From: a virus
Strand: one strand, 5' to 3'
Length of the DNA: 64,000 bases
Virus record (IMG/VR): IMGVR_UViG_3300050821_007696
Location: 20,236-84,235 of that record
The position numbers were made by a program, and so were the translations under genes. Below the pieces are notes generated by a model that saw nothing but the letters and a program-made list of their open reading frames with translations, was not told where the DNA came from and searched no databases. Numbering within the stretch: the stretch's first letter is position 1; every line of letters starts with the position of its first letter. Positions 27,440-37,817 of the stretch are shown one piece after another.

Positions 27440-30400
27440 GTGACCGCGACCCCCCCGAAGCCGTCCCTGGTCAAGTCTTCCGCGCTGTCGATGACGCAGG
27501 CGGTGACCAACCGGCTCAACAACCTGCTGCCGACGGTGCTGTCCCCCGAGTCCCCTGTTACCGTCTACCAGGCGGGCACGATCGGCGTCGGCGGGCAGCT
27601 GAACGCTCCCACGTCGGTGTTCCCGGCGGGCGCCGGCTACTACGGCGTGTGGACCGCGCCCGACCTGAACAACGGCAAGGACTACACGGTCCAGGTTGAG
27701 TGCTTCGGCGGCGGCGGCGGCGGCGGAGGCGGCTCGGCGACCACAGGCGGGGGCGGCGGGGGCGGCGGCGAGTACGCCGCGGAGACCTATTACCCGGTCA
27801 AGCCGGGCACCGACTACGTCTGGGTGGTCGGCGTCCCCGGCAGCGCCGGCACCGCCAACAGCAACAACAACCAGGGCGCGACCGCGGGCGGCACCGGCGG
27901 CCTAACCGTATTCGACATCGCCGGGACCGGCGTCGCAGGCGGTGTTTCCGCGCACGGCGGGCAGGGCGGCGACACCGGGAATACCGGCATCGGCGGCACT
28001 GGCGGCACCGGCAGCTTCAATACCACCGAGTACTCCGGTGGCGCGGGCGGTACCGACCTGCCGGGCGGCGGGGGCGGGTCAGGCGGCCAGGGCGGTACCG
28101 ACAATCCCATCGCCCTGTACATCGCCGGGCTGCTGAGCGCGCCGGTGCAGGCGTGGTACGTCCTCAACGACGCGTCGTCAACCGGCCTGGTCAACGACAA
28201 CTCGGGGAACGATAACCCGGCTTCCCTGGCGGGGGTCAACGGCAACAACCTCGCGTTCGGGCTGCCGGGGGCGCCGTCCCAGGTTCCCGCTTACCAGCTG
28301 GCGGCTAATCCGCCGAGTTCGCCGAACCCGGCAGACGCCGGAGCGCAGGTGCAGTTCCCGCTGAGTTCGCTCAACCAGGCGGCCGGATGCCTCCTCACGC
28401 CGGGAATCTTCTTCCAGGGGCACCACGCCACTATTTCCGGGTGGATCACTCCCGACCCGAGCGGCACCTGGGGCAATACGGCGACCAGCTCGTACGCGGT
28501 TGTCGCCGCGAACACGACCGGTTACCGCCAGTTCTACCCGAACTACGCCGGCGCCGCCGTGTTCCTGCTGAACACCGGCACGCCTTCGCGCCCCGCCTGG
28601 ACGCTCAACTTCTACTGTGGCAACGGCACTCTGTTCCAGCAGGTCAGCACACCGCTCGCACCCGTGGCGGGCACTGCGGTCTACGTTGCCGCCACGTTCA
28701 GCAGCGGCACCATGACCCTGTACGTCAACGGCACCAGTGCAGGCACTGCCACCGCCGCGTTTTCGTCGCTGCCCGGCGGCGCGTACAGCATGACCATCGG
28801 CATGAGCCCGGTGACGAACGGCGACTGGTTTTTCGGGAACATGTCGAATCTCTGGTTCGCTGACGGTGTTCTCAGTTCTCCGGGTGTCACCCAGGCGTAC
28901 TCTGGCTCCGGCGGGGGCTCCACTGAGGGCGGGGCAGGGGGCGGGGCCTCCGGGGGACCTGCTGCCGTTGGCGGGGCTGGCGCGGCAGGCAGCGGGTCCT
29001 CCGGGGGGGCGGGCGGCGTTCCGGCGACCCAGCCGGCCGCGGACATCGGGCTGAACACCCCCGCGTCGGCGGGCATCGCGGGCGCGGCCGGCAACGCGGG
29101 CAACAGCGGCATCACCGGCGCGGCGGGCGCGGGCGGCGGCGGGGCGGGCAGCTCCACGTCCCCGCCGAACATCATCACCATCCAGGTGCCGTTCACCACT
29201 GCCGCGTCCTACTGCGGGACCGACGCGACGGGCGGCGCCGCGGGCGCGGTCTACAACCCGGTCATCCAGGGCACCACCGGTCGGCTGTTCACCGGCGGCC
29301 AGTCGCAGGACAGTGCCAGCGGCTCAAAGAACTCGCTGCTGATCCTGCCGCCGAATCTCGCCGCCGGGCTGCAGAGCGGCAGTTACACGGTCCTGCGGGT
29401 GACCCTCACCGTCACCAACGCCAACCCGCAGGCCGCCCAGAACGCCCTGATGCAGGTCAGCTGGAGCACGGACACGTTCCTGCCAATCACCTACGCCGCA
29501 GGCGACCTGGCCGGCTCGGCCGGCGTGGTAGAGATCCCCGTCGGGGCCTACCAGGTCACCGCCGACCTGACCGAGTCCCAGCTAGGCAGCTACCTGCAGA
29601 GCGGCGGCGCGACTGCCCTGGTCCTCGGCCCCGGGCCTGCGCCCACCTTCGCCGCCTACAGCGCAGCTACCGCGGCGGACTTCTACACCGCCGTCTACGG
29701 GCCGGGCGCTGCCGACAACGCGGGCAACAGCCTCGCGCCGTACCTGACGATTACCTACGCGCAGTCCACCACCGTGCAGCAGGGCTCCCCCGGCGGGGCC
29801 GGCGCGGTCCTGCTCACCTACCTCAACCAGGCGCAGACCCTGGTCGGGAACTGGACCTCTACCGCGGGCCTCAACGCCCAGGGCGGCCAGCTCACCGAGA
29901 CGTCGGTAGTGCTCGGCTCGGCCAACGTCACCGACGGGCTCCCGTTCCGCCTGTCCCCGGACCTGACCGACGCCCAGCGGGACGCTATCAGTACTGCGAT
30001 CCGGGAACAGTTCACGGCTGCCCTTGGCGCGGAGTTCGGCAGGCGGCTGGGCGGCGGCATCGCCGGGGCGCCGGGCATCATCGCCGGCTACACCGCGGGC
30101 ACTACCACGACCACGCAGTCAACGCCGGGCACCTACACCTTCACCGTGCCCGCCGGGGTCACCTCCCTCAACGTCCAGTGCTGGGGCGCAGGCGCCGGCG
30201 GCACCGGCGGTAACAGCAGCAACGGCCAGGGGGCCGGCGGCGGCGGTGCGTACGCGGGCGAGCCGAATTACGCGGTCACCCCGGGCCAGGTCATCAGCTA
30301 CACCGTCGGCGCGGGCGGGACCGGCGACGCGGTCGGGTCCAGCAGCGGCCCGTCCGGCGGCCCCACTACGTTCGACACCACGCACGTCGCGGGCAGCGGC

Positions 30401-31342
30401 GTCAACGCCAACGGCGGGCAGTACTACCAGAGCAGCTTCAACTACGGTCCCGGCGGCTCGACGTCCGGCAACACGGTCGCCTTCTCCGGCGGCAACGGCG
30501 GCCCTCTCAACCACGGCCAGCCGAACGGGTCGGGCGGCGGCGGATCGGCCGGGTCGGCGGGCAACGGCGGCGGCGGTTCCCAGGGCGGTACGGCGGGCGC
30601 GGCGGGCAACGGGGGCGGCGCGGCCGGCGGCCAGGGCTCCAACACGAGTTCGGGAAGCAACGGCGTGGCTCCCGGCGGAGGCGGCGGCGGCGCAGTGCAC
30701 GGGTCGTCGGGCAACCACGGCGGCAACGGCGGCAACGGCAAGATCAACATCGTCTACGCCTCGTCCACGGCCCTGGCCACCTCGGTAGCCACCGCTCCCG
30801 GCACCGACGGCGCGGGCAACCCCTACCCGACCGGCGTGATGACCCCGGCGCTCCAGGTCAACGGCACCACCACCACCACGACGGCCACCGTGTCCGGTAC
30901 GACCACGACAGGCGTGCTGAGCGTATCGGGTACCGGCACAGTCGGCGGGGCACTGACCGCCAACACCCAGGTGCTGATCAACGCCACCGGCTCCGCTGCC
31001 CTGGAAGTCGGCGGCAACGCGCACGTGACCAGCAGTCTCCAGGCGGACGGCGGCTTCACCACCGCGGCTTCCCTGAATGCCGGCTCCCAGGTGCTGGTCA
31101 ACGCTACCGGCGCCGCGGCCCTTGAGGTCGGCGGCAACGGCCACATCACCGGCGGCCTGCAAGTCGACGGCAGCATCGTCACCTCGTCCGGCGGTTCCAT
31201 TCCGCAGGCGGTGCCGAGTACCGCGGGCTCGCCGGCCGCGCAGGGCACCTGGAGCAGCGGGCAGCAAGCCTGGGCGGCCTCGGTCACCACGATCGTCAAC
31301 GACATCCGTGCCCAGCTGCTCCTGGCCGGCGTACTTCAGTAG
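27440..31342 (+). CDS. Minor tail/fibre protein with Gly-rich and LamG-like domains
   Basis: Gly-rich modules; YVAATFSSGTMTLYVNG LamG-like motif; duplicated QVLxNATGxAALEVGGNxH repeat. Confidence 0.7.
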   Translation: MTATPPKPSLVKSSALSMTQAVTNRLNNLLPTVLSPESPVTVYQAGTIGVGGQLNAPTSVFPAGAGYYGVWTAPDLNNGKDYTVQVECFGGGGGGGGGSATTGGGGGGGGEYAAETYYPVKPGTDYVWVVGVPGSAGTANSNNNQGATAGGTGGLTVFDIAGTGVAGGVSAHGGQGGDTGNTGIGGTGGTGSFNTTEYSGGAGGTDLPGGGGGSGGQGGTDNPIALYIAGLLSAPVQAWYVLNDASSTGLVNDNSGNDNPASLAGVNGNNLAFGLPGAPSQVPAYQLAANPPSSPNPADAGAQVQFPLSSLNQAAGCLLTPGIFFQGHHATISGWITPDPSGTWGNTATSSYAVVAANTTGYRQFYPNYAGAAVFLLNTGTPSRPAWTLNFYCGNGTLFQQVSTPLAPVAGTAVYVAATFSSGTMTLYVNGTSAGTATAAFSSLPGGAYSMTIGMSPVTNGDWFFGNMSNLWFADGVLSSPGVTQAYSGSGGGSTEGGAGGGASGGPAAVGGAGAAGSGSSGGAGGVPATQPAADIGLNTPASAGIAGAAGNAGNSGITGAAGAGGGGAGSSTSPPNIITIQVPFTTAASYCGTDATGGAAGAVYNPVIQGTTGRLFTGGQSQDSASGSKNSLLILPPNLAAGLQSGSYTVLRVTLTVTNANPQAAQNALMQVSWSTDTFLPITYAAGDLAGSAGVVEIPVGAYQVTADLTESQLGSYLQSGGATALVLGPGPAPTFAAYSAATAADFYTAVYGPGAADNAGNSLAPYLTITYAQSTTVQQGSPGGAGAVLLTYLNQAQTLVGNWTSTAGLNAQGGQLTETSVVLGSANVTDGLPFRLSPDLTDAQRDAISTAIREQFTAALGAEFGRRLGGGIAGAPGIIAGYTAGTTTTTQSTPGTYTFTVPAGVTSLNVQCWGAGAGGTGGNSSNGQGAGGGGAYAGEPNYAVTPGQVISYTVGAGGTGDAVGSSSGPSGGPTTFDTTHVAGSGVNANGGQYYQSSFNYGPGGSTSGNTVAFSGGNGGPLNHGQPNGSGGGGSAGSAGNGGGGSQGGTAGAAGNGGGAAGGQGSNTSSGSNGVAPGGGGGGAVHGSSGNHGGNGGNGKINIVYASSTALATSVATAPGTDGAGNPYPTGVMTPALQVNGTTTTTTATVSGTTTTGVLSVSGTGTVGGALTANTQVLINATGSAALEVGGNAHVTSSLQADGGFTTAASLNAGSQVLVNATGAAALEVGGNGHITGGLQVDGSIVTSSGGSIPQAVPSTAGSPAAQGTWSSGQQAWAASVTTIVNDIRAQLLLAGVLQ

Positions 31343-31358
31343 GCAGAGGAGGTGAGGC

Positions 31359-33083
31359 ATGGCACTGGAGAAGCTGGACGCCACCCAGCTGTGCACCTGG
31401 GCGCCGCCGCTGCCGGCCCGCGCGTTCCCCATCCAGGCGGCCGGAGTGACCAGCGACGGGGTGAGCCTCGGCGGCACCGCGGTCAACGGCGTGCGCTACG
31501 GGTACTTCCTGCTCAACACCAGCCAGTGGGGGGTCAGCGCCAGCCTTAACCTGCCGCCGGTCAACGCGGGCGAGCGGTTCCAGCTGTGGACGGCGGCGAG
31601 CGGCAGCACTTTCCTCATGCCGAGCGCTTTCGCCACCGCGCAGGCACTGCCGCCTTCGCTGTCCCCGGTGGGCAGCACGAACGGCGCGTCGGCGCCGGAC
31701 CTGTTCAACGTCTTCATGATGTCGCCCACCGAGTGGACACTGAAGGACGCTACCTTGTGCTCGGTGGTGTCGACCCGGCAGAGCAGCGCGAACTCCTGGT
31801 ACGTTTACTACTCGCCGTACAACCCGGCTGTTACCGTCACGCCGGGCAGGGACGGCCTGCGCACAGTCCCGGAACTGTCGGACCCGCGGTGGCTCGGCCA
31901 GGTCGGGCACGTAGCCGGCGTCGACTACACCTATTCGATTCCCGGCGGCCCCGACCAGCTGACCTGCGTGCTGCAGACCGAGCCGGACTACCGGACCAGC
32001 GCGATCAACCCCGGCCGGGTCGTCACCGCGCACCGCGGCGGGTCGTGCATCTGGGAGGGCACGCTGACGGAGCCGGTTCCGGCGCCGACCGGCTGGACGC
32101 TGACGGCCAACGGGTGCGGTACCTACGGGACCAACTTCGGCGCCTGGTGGCAGCCGGACGCTCCCGGCACCTGGAACGTCGACGCGCCGCTCGACTTCGC
32201 GATCGGCCGCGGGCTGCGCTGGACGAACCTCGGGCTGAACGCGCCCGGCGGTGCCTACCTGGGACCGGTGCAGAACCCGGGTTCCCTGACTATCACGGAT
32301 TTCATGAACCTGCTGTGCACCGGCGGCGCCCTGTCCTGGCAGCTGGTGCAGCCGCCGTCGGCCAGCTCGTTCCCGCCCGGCCCGTGGGTGCTCGACCTGT
32401 TCCCGCTGCCGACCGACACCTCCGGCAACCCGATCGAGTCAGCGCCCAGCAACGTCCTGTCGTCCCAGCTGTTCACCTTCAACCGGTGGTCCCGGTCAGA
32501 CTTGTCGTCCACCTTGTCCAGACGGCCGCCGGACCTGTACATCGTCAACACCAACCCGGTAGGCCGGACTATCACCGCCGACATCAACACGATCATCATC
32601 TACTACCAGGTCACCGCCGACACGGTGGCGACGGCGACGGTCCCGGCGGTCGCGGCGACCTACAGCACCACGTTCGCCGACATCCCGGCCTCGGTCGCGC
32701 TGCACGGGCGGCTGGAGTACTACCTGGACGTGTCGAGTGCGGGAGTGATGACTCAGCCGCAGGCGGCGGCGATCGCAGCGAACGTACTGGCCAAGTACGT
32801 TCGTGCCAACTTCAGCGGCACCTTCACCGTGCAGCCGGGCCAGCTGCTCAACGTCGGCGGCCACCCTGTCGACCTGGGCTGCAACTGGGGCGGGTACATG
32901 GCGTCGGTGCAGGTGGAGAACTTCGCGGCCGGCGGCGAGGTGGGCTTCGGCCCGATCACGTTCCAGATCGGCGAGTACGAGTTCAGCGACGACACGCAGA
33001 CCGCGACGATCACGCCGTACCAGAATGCCCGCACCGATCTGGCGTCGGTGATCGCCCAGCTGTATCCGGGGAAGTTTTCATGA
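31359..33083 (+). CDS. Minor tail (baseplate hub-like) protein
   Basis: PGGPDQLTC...PGRVV...IWEGTLTEP motif; position in the tail module. Confidence 0.6.
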   Translation: MALEKLDATQLCTWAPPLPARAFPIQAAGVTSDGVSLGGTAVNGVRYGYFLLNTSQWGVSASLNLPPVNAGERFQLWTAASGSTFLMPSAFATAQALPPSLSPVGSTNGASAPDLFNVFMMSPTEWTLKDATLCSVVSTRQSSANSWYVYYSPYNPAVTVTPGRDGLRTVPELSDPRWLGQVGHVAGVDYTYSIPGGPDQLTCVLQTEPDYRTSAINPGRVVTAHRGGSCIWEGTLTEPVPAPTGWTLTANGCGTYGTNFGAWWQPDAPGTWNVDAPLDFAIGRGLRWTNLGLNAPGGAYLGPVQNPGSLTITDFMNLLCTGGALSWQLVQPPSASSFPPGPWVLDLFPLPTDTSGNPIESAPSNVLSSQLFTFNRWSRSDLSSTLSRRPPDLYIVNTNPVGRTITADINTIIIYYQVTADTVATATVPAVAATYSTTFADIPASVALHGRLEYYLDVSSAGVMTQPQAAAIAANVLAKYVRANFSGTFTVQPGQLLNVGGHPVDLGCNWGGYMASVQVENFAAGGEVGFGPITFQIGEYEFSDDTQTATITPYQNARTDLASVIAQLYPGKFS

Positions 33084-33093
33084 TACTTCCCCG

Positions 33094-33666
33094 GTGGGAG
33101 ACACAGCCTCCCGGCTGGACACCGTGGAAAGCACACCGGGGGAACCGGGAGTAGCTAGCGCAGTGCACGAGTCAGAGTCGCAGCCGGTCCCTCCGTGGTG
33201 GACCGACCCCACGGTCAACGTGCAGGCGCTGGTCGAAGCGGCGATGAAGCGGCAGGACGACCTGCGCGACGCCGAGAGGTACCACATCAGGGAGATTATG
33301 ACTCTGCGCGCGCAGCACTATTCGGAGCTGCGGCAGGCCGAGGCGGACAGGATCAACGCCATCCAGACGCGCAGCGACCTGACCGTGCAGCGTGCGGCCG
33401 AAGTGCAGGCAGCCCAGGCGCAGACCCTGGCGAACCAGGTAGCCACGACGGCGGATGCCTTCCGCGCATCGCTTGCAGCAGCTCTCGCGCCCATCATGGC
33501 GTCAATTGAAGACCTGCGGCGAGCGCAGTACGAGGCACAGGGGCAGAAAACGCAGGTAGTCGAGTCGCGCGGGAGCAGCCAGTTCACTGCTACCACTGTT
33601 ATCGCTGCTACCGTAGCCGTTGCCACGATCCTCACCCTGATCCTGCTGTACGTAACGAAGAAGTAG
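33094..33666 (+). CDS. Coiled-coil protein with a C-terminal transmembrane helix
   Basis: Heptad-rich middle, hydrophobic C-terminus. Confidence 0.6.
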   Translation: MGDTASRLDTVESTPGEPGVASAVHESESQPVPPWWTDPTVNVQALVEAAMKRQDDLRDAERYHIREIMTLRAQHYSELRQAEADRINAIQTRSDLTVQRAAEVQAAQAQTLANQVATTADAFRASLAAALAPIMASIEDLRRAQYEAQGQKTQVVESRGSSQFTATTVIAATVAVATILTLILLYVTKK

Positions 33667-33671
33667 CCGCA

Positions 33672-33992
33672 GTGGACAGCTCCCTTATCGACTACCTCCT
33701 CGGCAGCGGCGGGGCAGCCGGCCTCGCGCTGCTGCTGATCCTCACGGGTGTCCTGGTTCCCAAGCCGTACCATAAGAGGCTAGAGGAGGAAATCGAGCAG
33801 CTGAAGCAGGCCAACGACACGCTTGCCAAGGCGAACGAGCAGCTGCGCGAGTCCAACAACCAGCTCGCGTCCAGCGGGCAGCTCACCAACCAGGTGATGA
33901 CGGCCCTGGTGAGCCTGGCTGCCGGGCAGCGAACCGCAGTCCCTCTGCCCGCTGCCCCGGATACCACGGGGCAGCCGGGGAAGGTCCCGTGA
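33672..33992 (+). CDS. Membrane protein (lysis-cassette type)
   Basis: N-terminal TM helix, GVLVP motif, coiled coil. Confidence 0.6.
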   Translation: MDSSLIDYLLGSGGAAGLALLLILTGVLVPKPYHKRLEEEIEQLKQANDTLAKANEQLRESNNQLASSGQLTNQVMTALVSLAAGQRTAVPLPAAPDTTGQPGKVP

Positions 33993-34225
33993 TGTGGGTG
34001 CCCAAGATCATCAGGGAACGCCGTAAGCGCCTCGCCGACATGGCGTCAGACACCGCTGCGCGGACCCGCCACGCGGACAAGGCCGTCGCCCAGGCGAAAA
34101 CGCAATCTGCCAGGTCAGCGGTAATCGCGCAGCGTTCAGCGGAACTTGCCGAGGCGAATAACATTGCAGCGATACTCGCAGGCTCCCTGCGTATCGAGGG
34201 CACCCCCAACGGGCGTGAAAGGTAA
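33989..34225 (+). CDS. Small helical protein of the lysis cassette
   Basis: Translationally coupled to the upstream gene; ends ANNIAAILA. Confidence 0.5.
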   Translation: MMWVPKIIRERRKRLADMASDTAARTRHADKAVAQAKTQSARSAVIAQRSAELAEANNIAAILAGSLRIEGTPNGRER

Positions 34226-34228
34226 ATT

Positions 34229-34639
34229 ATGCTCCGGTCCGTTACCTGGCGCCTGTACACGGGAATCGCCCTGTTCCTGGGGGCCGACATCGGGGCCGGC
34301 TTCTGGTTTGCGAACAACGGCAACGTCGAAGAGTGGATCTACCGCGTCGGGCTGGTCATGCTGGTGTTCTCGCCGCTGGTCCTGGTCGCGGTCTACACGA
34401 TGCTGCGCCAGCAGTGGTGGAAGAACGACCTGGGGACCGCCCTGGTCTGGTGCTGCGTCACTTACATCCCGATCGCGATCCCGCTCGCCTGGGTGTTCGT
34501 ATTCGACGGCGGGATACTGACCAACACCTGGCTCGCCTGGTTCGAGGTGTCCGGCCCGGTGCTGTCGTCGCTGTCGCTACTGCGCCTGGCCTACGTGTTC
34601 GCACGGATCGGCCGGGACAAGAAGAACGGAACGCACTGA
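34229..34639 (+). CDS. Putative holin
   Basis: Three to four TM segments, WWKNDLG motif, basic C-terminus. Confidence 0.6.
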   Translation: MLRSVTWRLYTGIALFLGADIGAGFWFANNGNVEEWIYRVGLVMLVFSPLVLVAVYTMLRQQWWKNDLGTALVWCCVTYIPIAIPLAWVFVFDGGILTNTWLAWFEVSGPVLSSLSLLRLAYVFARIGRDKKNGTH

Positions 34640-34725
34640 AGGCCCGCCCGTAACGTGTGGAAAGTCGCTGCGGACGGGCCTCCGCTTCCGGTCGCGATAC
34701 TCCGGTGGACGCGCCGGAAGTTTTC

Positions 34726-34741
34726 AGTGCCAGCTGGCACT
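34726..34741. promoter_or_regulatory. 16-bp palindrome, copy 4
   Basis: Exact match at the junction of convergent gene blocks. Confidence 0.75.
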
Positions 34742-34905
34742 AACCGGTTACGGCTGCACGTCCCAGCTGGTCGTGATGACTGCACGGGCGTCGAGGTACG
34801 CGGCGCCCATTACCTTCATCAGTCCTGTCGGGCCGGCGCCGGGACTGCCGCTGGCGTGGCCTTCGATGTGCACGCACCGTTCTGTCATGGTTTTTCTCCT
34901 GACGG

Positions 34906-35073
34906 TCAGAGGCTGGCGACGAGCTTCTGGATCTCGGCCTTGATCGCGGCGAACGTGCCGGCGAACACCTTCAGCAGGGCGGCGGCCTCTGTCTTGCCCG
35001 CGGCCTCCAGTTCGATGACCGTGTCCTTGATCTCCGTGATCAGTTCGTCGAGGGTAGTGACGATCTCGTTCAC
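34906..35073 (-). CDS. Small helical hypothetical protein
   Basis: AAGGAGG RBS, GTG start, high GC3. Confidence 0.55.
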   Translation of the reverse strand: MNEIVTTLDELITEIKDTVIELEAAGKTEAAALLKVFAGTFAAIKAEIQKLVASL

Positions 35074-35235
35074 GTGGGTTCCTCCTTAGTTAGACGAGCA
35101 CGTGCCGCAGACGTGGGTGTGGGCCTGGCCGGGGTAGATCCACTCGCCGCAGACATGGGAGACGGTCCTTCCCCGGCGGCCGGGACTGCACTGTCCCCAG
35201 GTGTGCCCGCATATGACCTTGCCCGGTTCCGCCAC

Positions 35236-35469
35236 TTAGCTGCGGGCCTTCAGGTCCCGGACGAACCTGCCCCAGGACACCCCGGAGAACCGCAGTTCGG
35301 TCCGGTCCGGCTGGCCCGCCTGCTTAGTGTCCCGGACACCGATCTCACTGCCGGCGCCGACCTCGACGCACGCGCCGTTGTTGACGCTGTAACTCGCCTT
35401 GCGGTAATTGCCGACTTCGACGCACTCGCCGTTGGCGCCGCTGTAACTTGACGTGCGCGGGCTGTTCAT
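35236..35469 (-). CDS. DUF397-domain protein
   Basis: Duplicated R-x-x-S-Y-S...CVEV motif, then GVRDTK and W..FV. Confidence 0.85.
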   Translation of the reverse strand: MNSPRTSSYSGANGECVEVGNYRKASYSVNNGACVEVGAGSEIGVRDTKQAGQPDRTELRFSGVSWGRFVRDLKARS

Positions 35470-36434
35470 TACTTGCCTCCTGCCGCCGCCGGCACGGTGC
35501 CGGGGTTGCCGATGACGATCGAGCAGTGCGGGCAGTCGGCGGCCTCGTCCTGGAGCATCAGGGCGTAGTTGGCGTACGGCCCGTACAGGAGCTTAGCCTG
35601 GGTCAGCCGCGCGGCATTGGCGGCAGCGGACTGCTCGGCTGCGACCTCCTGGTTGTACGAGGTGATGACGGCCGGGTCCTGCGGGGTGACGCCGGTGACG
35701 ACCACGGTCATGCCGGGGCAGGTGAACGTCGTAGGCCCGGAGCCGCCCGCCGCCCCGGTCGCCGTCTCGCCGTCACCGCAGAAGTACGGCACGCTCGACC
35801 CGGTCTCGGTGGCCAGCGGCGCGTTCAGGTCCGCGGCGATGTCCTTGCCGAGCTGAGTCCAGTCCTGCTGGGTGCGCCACAAGTCCGGGCCAAAGTTGGC
35901 TACTGCCGTTTCCGACGCCAGGTCGACGGCCGGCCCCATGTTCTCCAGCAGCATGTTCTCCCAGCCGACTGTCGAGGAATGTGCCGTACCGGAGATGGAC
36001 GCGTCGGTCTGCGCGTCGTTGGTGGCACAGCCGTACTTGAGGCAGAACGGGAGGAACTTCGCCATCACCGTGTTGTTCTGGTTGGCGGTGAAGTACACGC
36101 GTGTCCAGACGTAGACCGGCATGCCCGGCGTCGCCCCGCTGGCCGCGGTACGCACGGCGAGGGGGTCGTTCCGGTCGCCACCTGACTTCGCGGTCACGAA
36201 GTTCCGGGCGTTGCACGGGTAGTACCAGGGGGTGTCGCCGCTGCCGTAATTCACCTGGTAACCGGGGTGCACGGTATCGGTGATGCCCTGGTTGCCGCTG
36301 CCGAAGCCGCCGTTGGTGACCATGGCGCACTCCGACAGCGCCGGGGTGCTGGTGCCGCAGCCGGCTAGCGCGGCCCCGCCCAGGACGACCGCTGCGGTCG
36401 CTGTTCCCAGGGTCCTGCTGATCTTGTGCTTCAC
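35469..36434 (-). CDS. SPFH/band-7-like lipoprotein
   Basis: Lipobox LAGC; GWENML; EVAAEQ..A coiled C-terminus. Confidence 0.55.
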   Translation of the reverse strand: MKHKISRTLGTATAAVVLGGAALAGCGTSTPALSECAMVTNGGFGSGNQGITDTVHPGYQVNYGSGDTPWYYPCNARNFVTAKSGGDRNDPLAVRTAASGATPGMPVYVWTRVYFTANQNNTVMAKFLPFCLKYGCATNDAQTDASISGTAHSSTVGWENMLLENMGPAVDLASETAVANFGPDLWRTQQDWTQLGKDIAADLNAPLATETGSSVPYFCGDGETATGAAGGSGPTTFTCPGMTVVVTGVTPQDPAVITSYNQEVAAEQSAAANAARLTQAKLLYGPYANYALMLQDEAADCPHCSIVIGNPGTVPAAAGGK

Positions 36435-36709
36435 GTAGGGTTTTTCTCCTTGGTCAGTGCCCGGGTTACCGCGTCGTACGCGGTCATGACCTGGTTCCGG
36501 TTAGCGTCTCCGAGCCCCGGGTCCGAAATGGCTGCGGCGAGCCCGTCCCGGGCCTGGGACAATGCTGTCCGTGCCCCGTCGATCCTGCGCCGTTTCGCTG
36601 CGTACAGCCGCAGTTTGCCTGCTGCCCACCAGACCGCGGCAGCAGACAGGACCGCGGCGAGGCCGAGCAGCAGGAGCGGGGGCAGGACGACGTCGAGGAA
36701 GTTGTTCAC
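36431..36709 (-). CDS. Small membrane protein
   Basis: N-terminal TM helix; coupled stop/start. Confidence 0.55.
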   Translation of the reverse strand: MNNFLDVVLPPLLLLGLAAVLSAAAVWWAAGKLRLYAAKRRRIDGARTALSQARDGLAAAISDPGLGDANRNQVMTAYDAVTRALTKEKNPT

Positions 36710-37279
36710 GGCCCTGCGGCGTCCTCAAGCTTGCCCTGCCCGGCGAGGTACGTCTCGATGGCGCCGCCTCTTGGCAGGTCAACGGGTGCGCCCCGGTGCC
36801 GCCCGGCAGGCGGGTCGCGGAGGATCTCGGCGGCCAGCTGCCGGAGAACCCCGGCCATGTGGTCGTCGTGGCTGCGGCAGACCAGCTGCGTACTGCCGTC
36901 TTCGCTCAGTACCAGGAGGAACTCCTCCCCCTGGCACTCGGCACAGCGAATGTGCACGCGTTCTCCTTCGCCTAGTTCTGCTCGTCGCCCTCGGGGAACA
37001 GGAGCTGGTGCGTGCGCGTGCCCAGGACGGACTGCTGGAACTGCCAGTCTTTCCGCCAGATAACCGGGACTGACGCCCCCTGGCTGTTGCTCGCGCCGCC
37101 GTTGGCGAAACTGTTCTTCATGACGGTTCCTTCCGGTAGGTGTACGTGACCTAACTTACGCCACATACGAAGTATTCCGCCACCGGAAGGGGATACCGCG
37201 CCCTGGCGTGCTGACTTTAGGTCCCGCTGGGACAGTTGGCCGGGCACGGAATGTCAGGCCCCCAAGTTAGGCTGCCTGC

Positions 37280-37702
37280 ATGACTACTGTTGACCGGGCG
37301 ATCGCCAACGCGCTCACCGCGCAGGTCCAGGCACAGCCGTCCCCGACTGACCGTCCCGAGACCGTGATCGTCGAGGTGCCGAAGGACAGCCGGCTAGAGG
37401 CGCTGCTGTGCCTGGAGGAAACGCGCCGGGCCGAGATGGAGGCCGCCAAAGCCGCGTGGGACGAGCTGAAAGGCGGCGTCACCGCGGAACTTGAGCGCAT
37501 GTACCCCGGCAATGCCGCGCCTACCAAGGGCTTCGAGATCCCGGCCGGCCCGATGTGGAAGGCGATCTCGGTCAGCTGGCGCGACGGTAAGGAGTACCTG
37601 CCGACCGACTTGATCAAGCAGCACATCCCGCAGGTGTGGGACGCGTTCAAGAAGCGGGGCAGCGGCTACTGGGACTTCCGCCGGATGGGCAAGCGGTCGT
37701 GA
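37280..37702 (+). CDS. Hypothetical protein (first gene of the rightward block)
   Basis: High-GC3 ORF preceding the Cas4-like nuclease. Confidence 0.6.
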   Translation: MTTVDRAIANALTAQVQAQPSPTDRPETVIVEVPKDSRLEALLCLEETRRAEMEAAKAAWDELKGGVTAELERMYPGNAAPTKGFEIPAGPMWKAISVSWRDGKEYLPTDLIKQHIPQVWDAFKKRGSGYWDFRRMGKRS

Positions 37703-37817
37703 GCAAGGAGCAGCGACCGCCGAAGCCTGCTGTCACCTGCGGGAACGGGTGCGCGTACGACTGGGTGAACGGGATCGGCTGGGTGCTGCGCCCTGATGTG
37801 AACTGCCCGGTCCACTG

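Noticed and set aside
10009-33154. Long antisense or alternate-frame ORFs (e.g. 10009..11673, 18577..20337, 23204..24880, 31586..33154)
   Set aside because: Arg/Gly/Pro-rich shadows of high-GC3 genes with no recognisable motifs.
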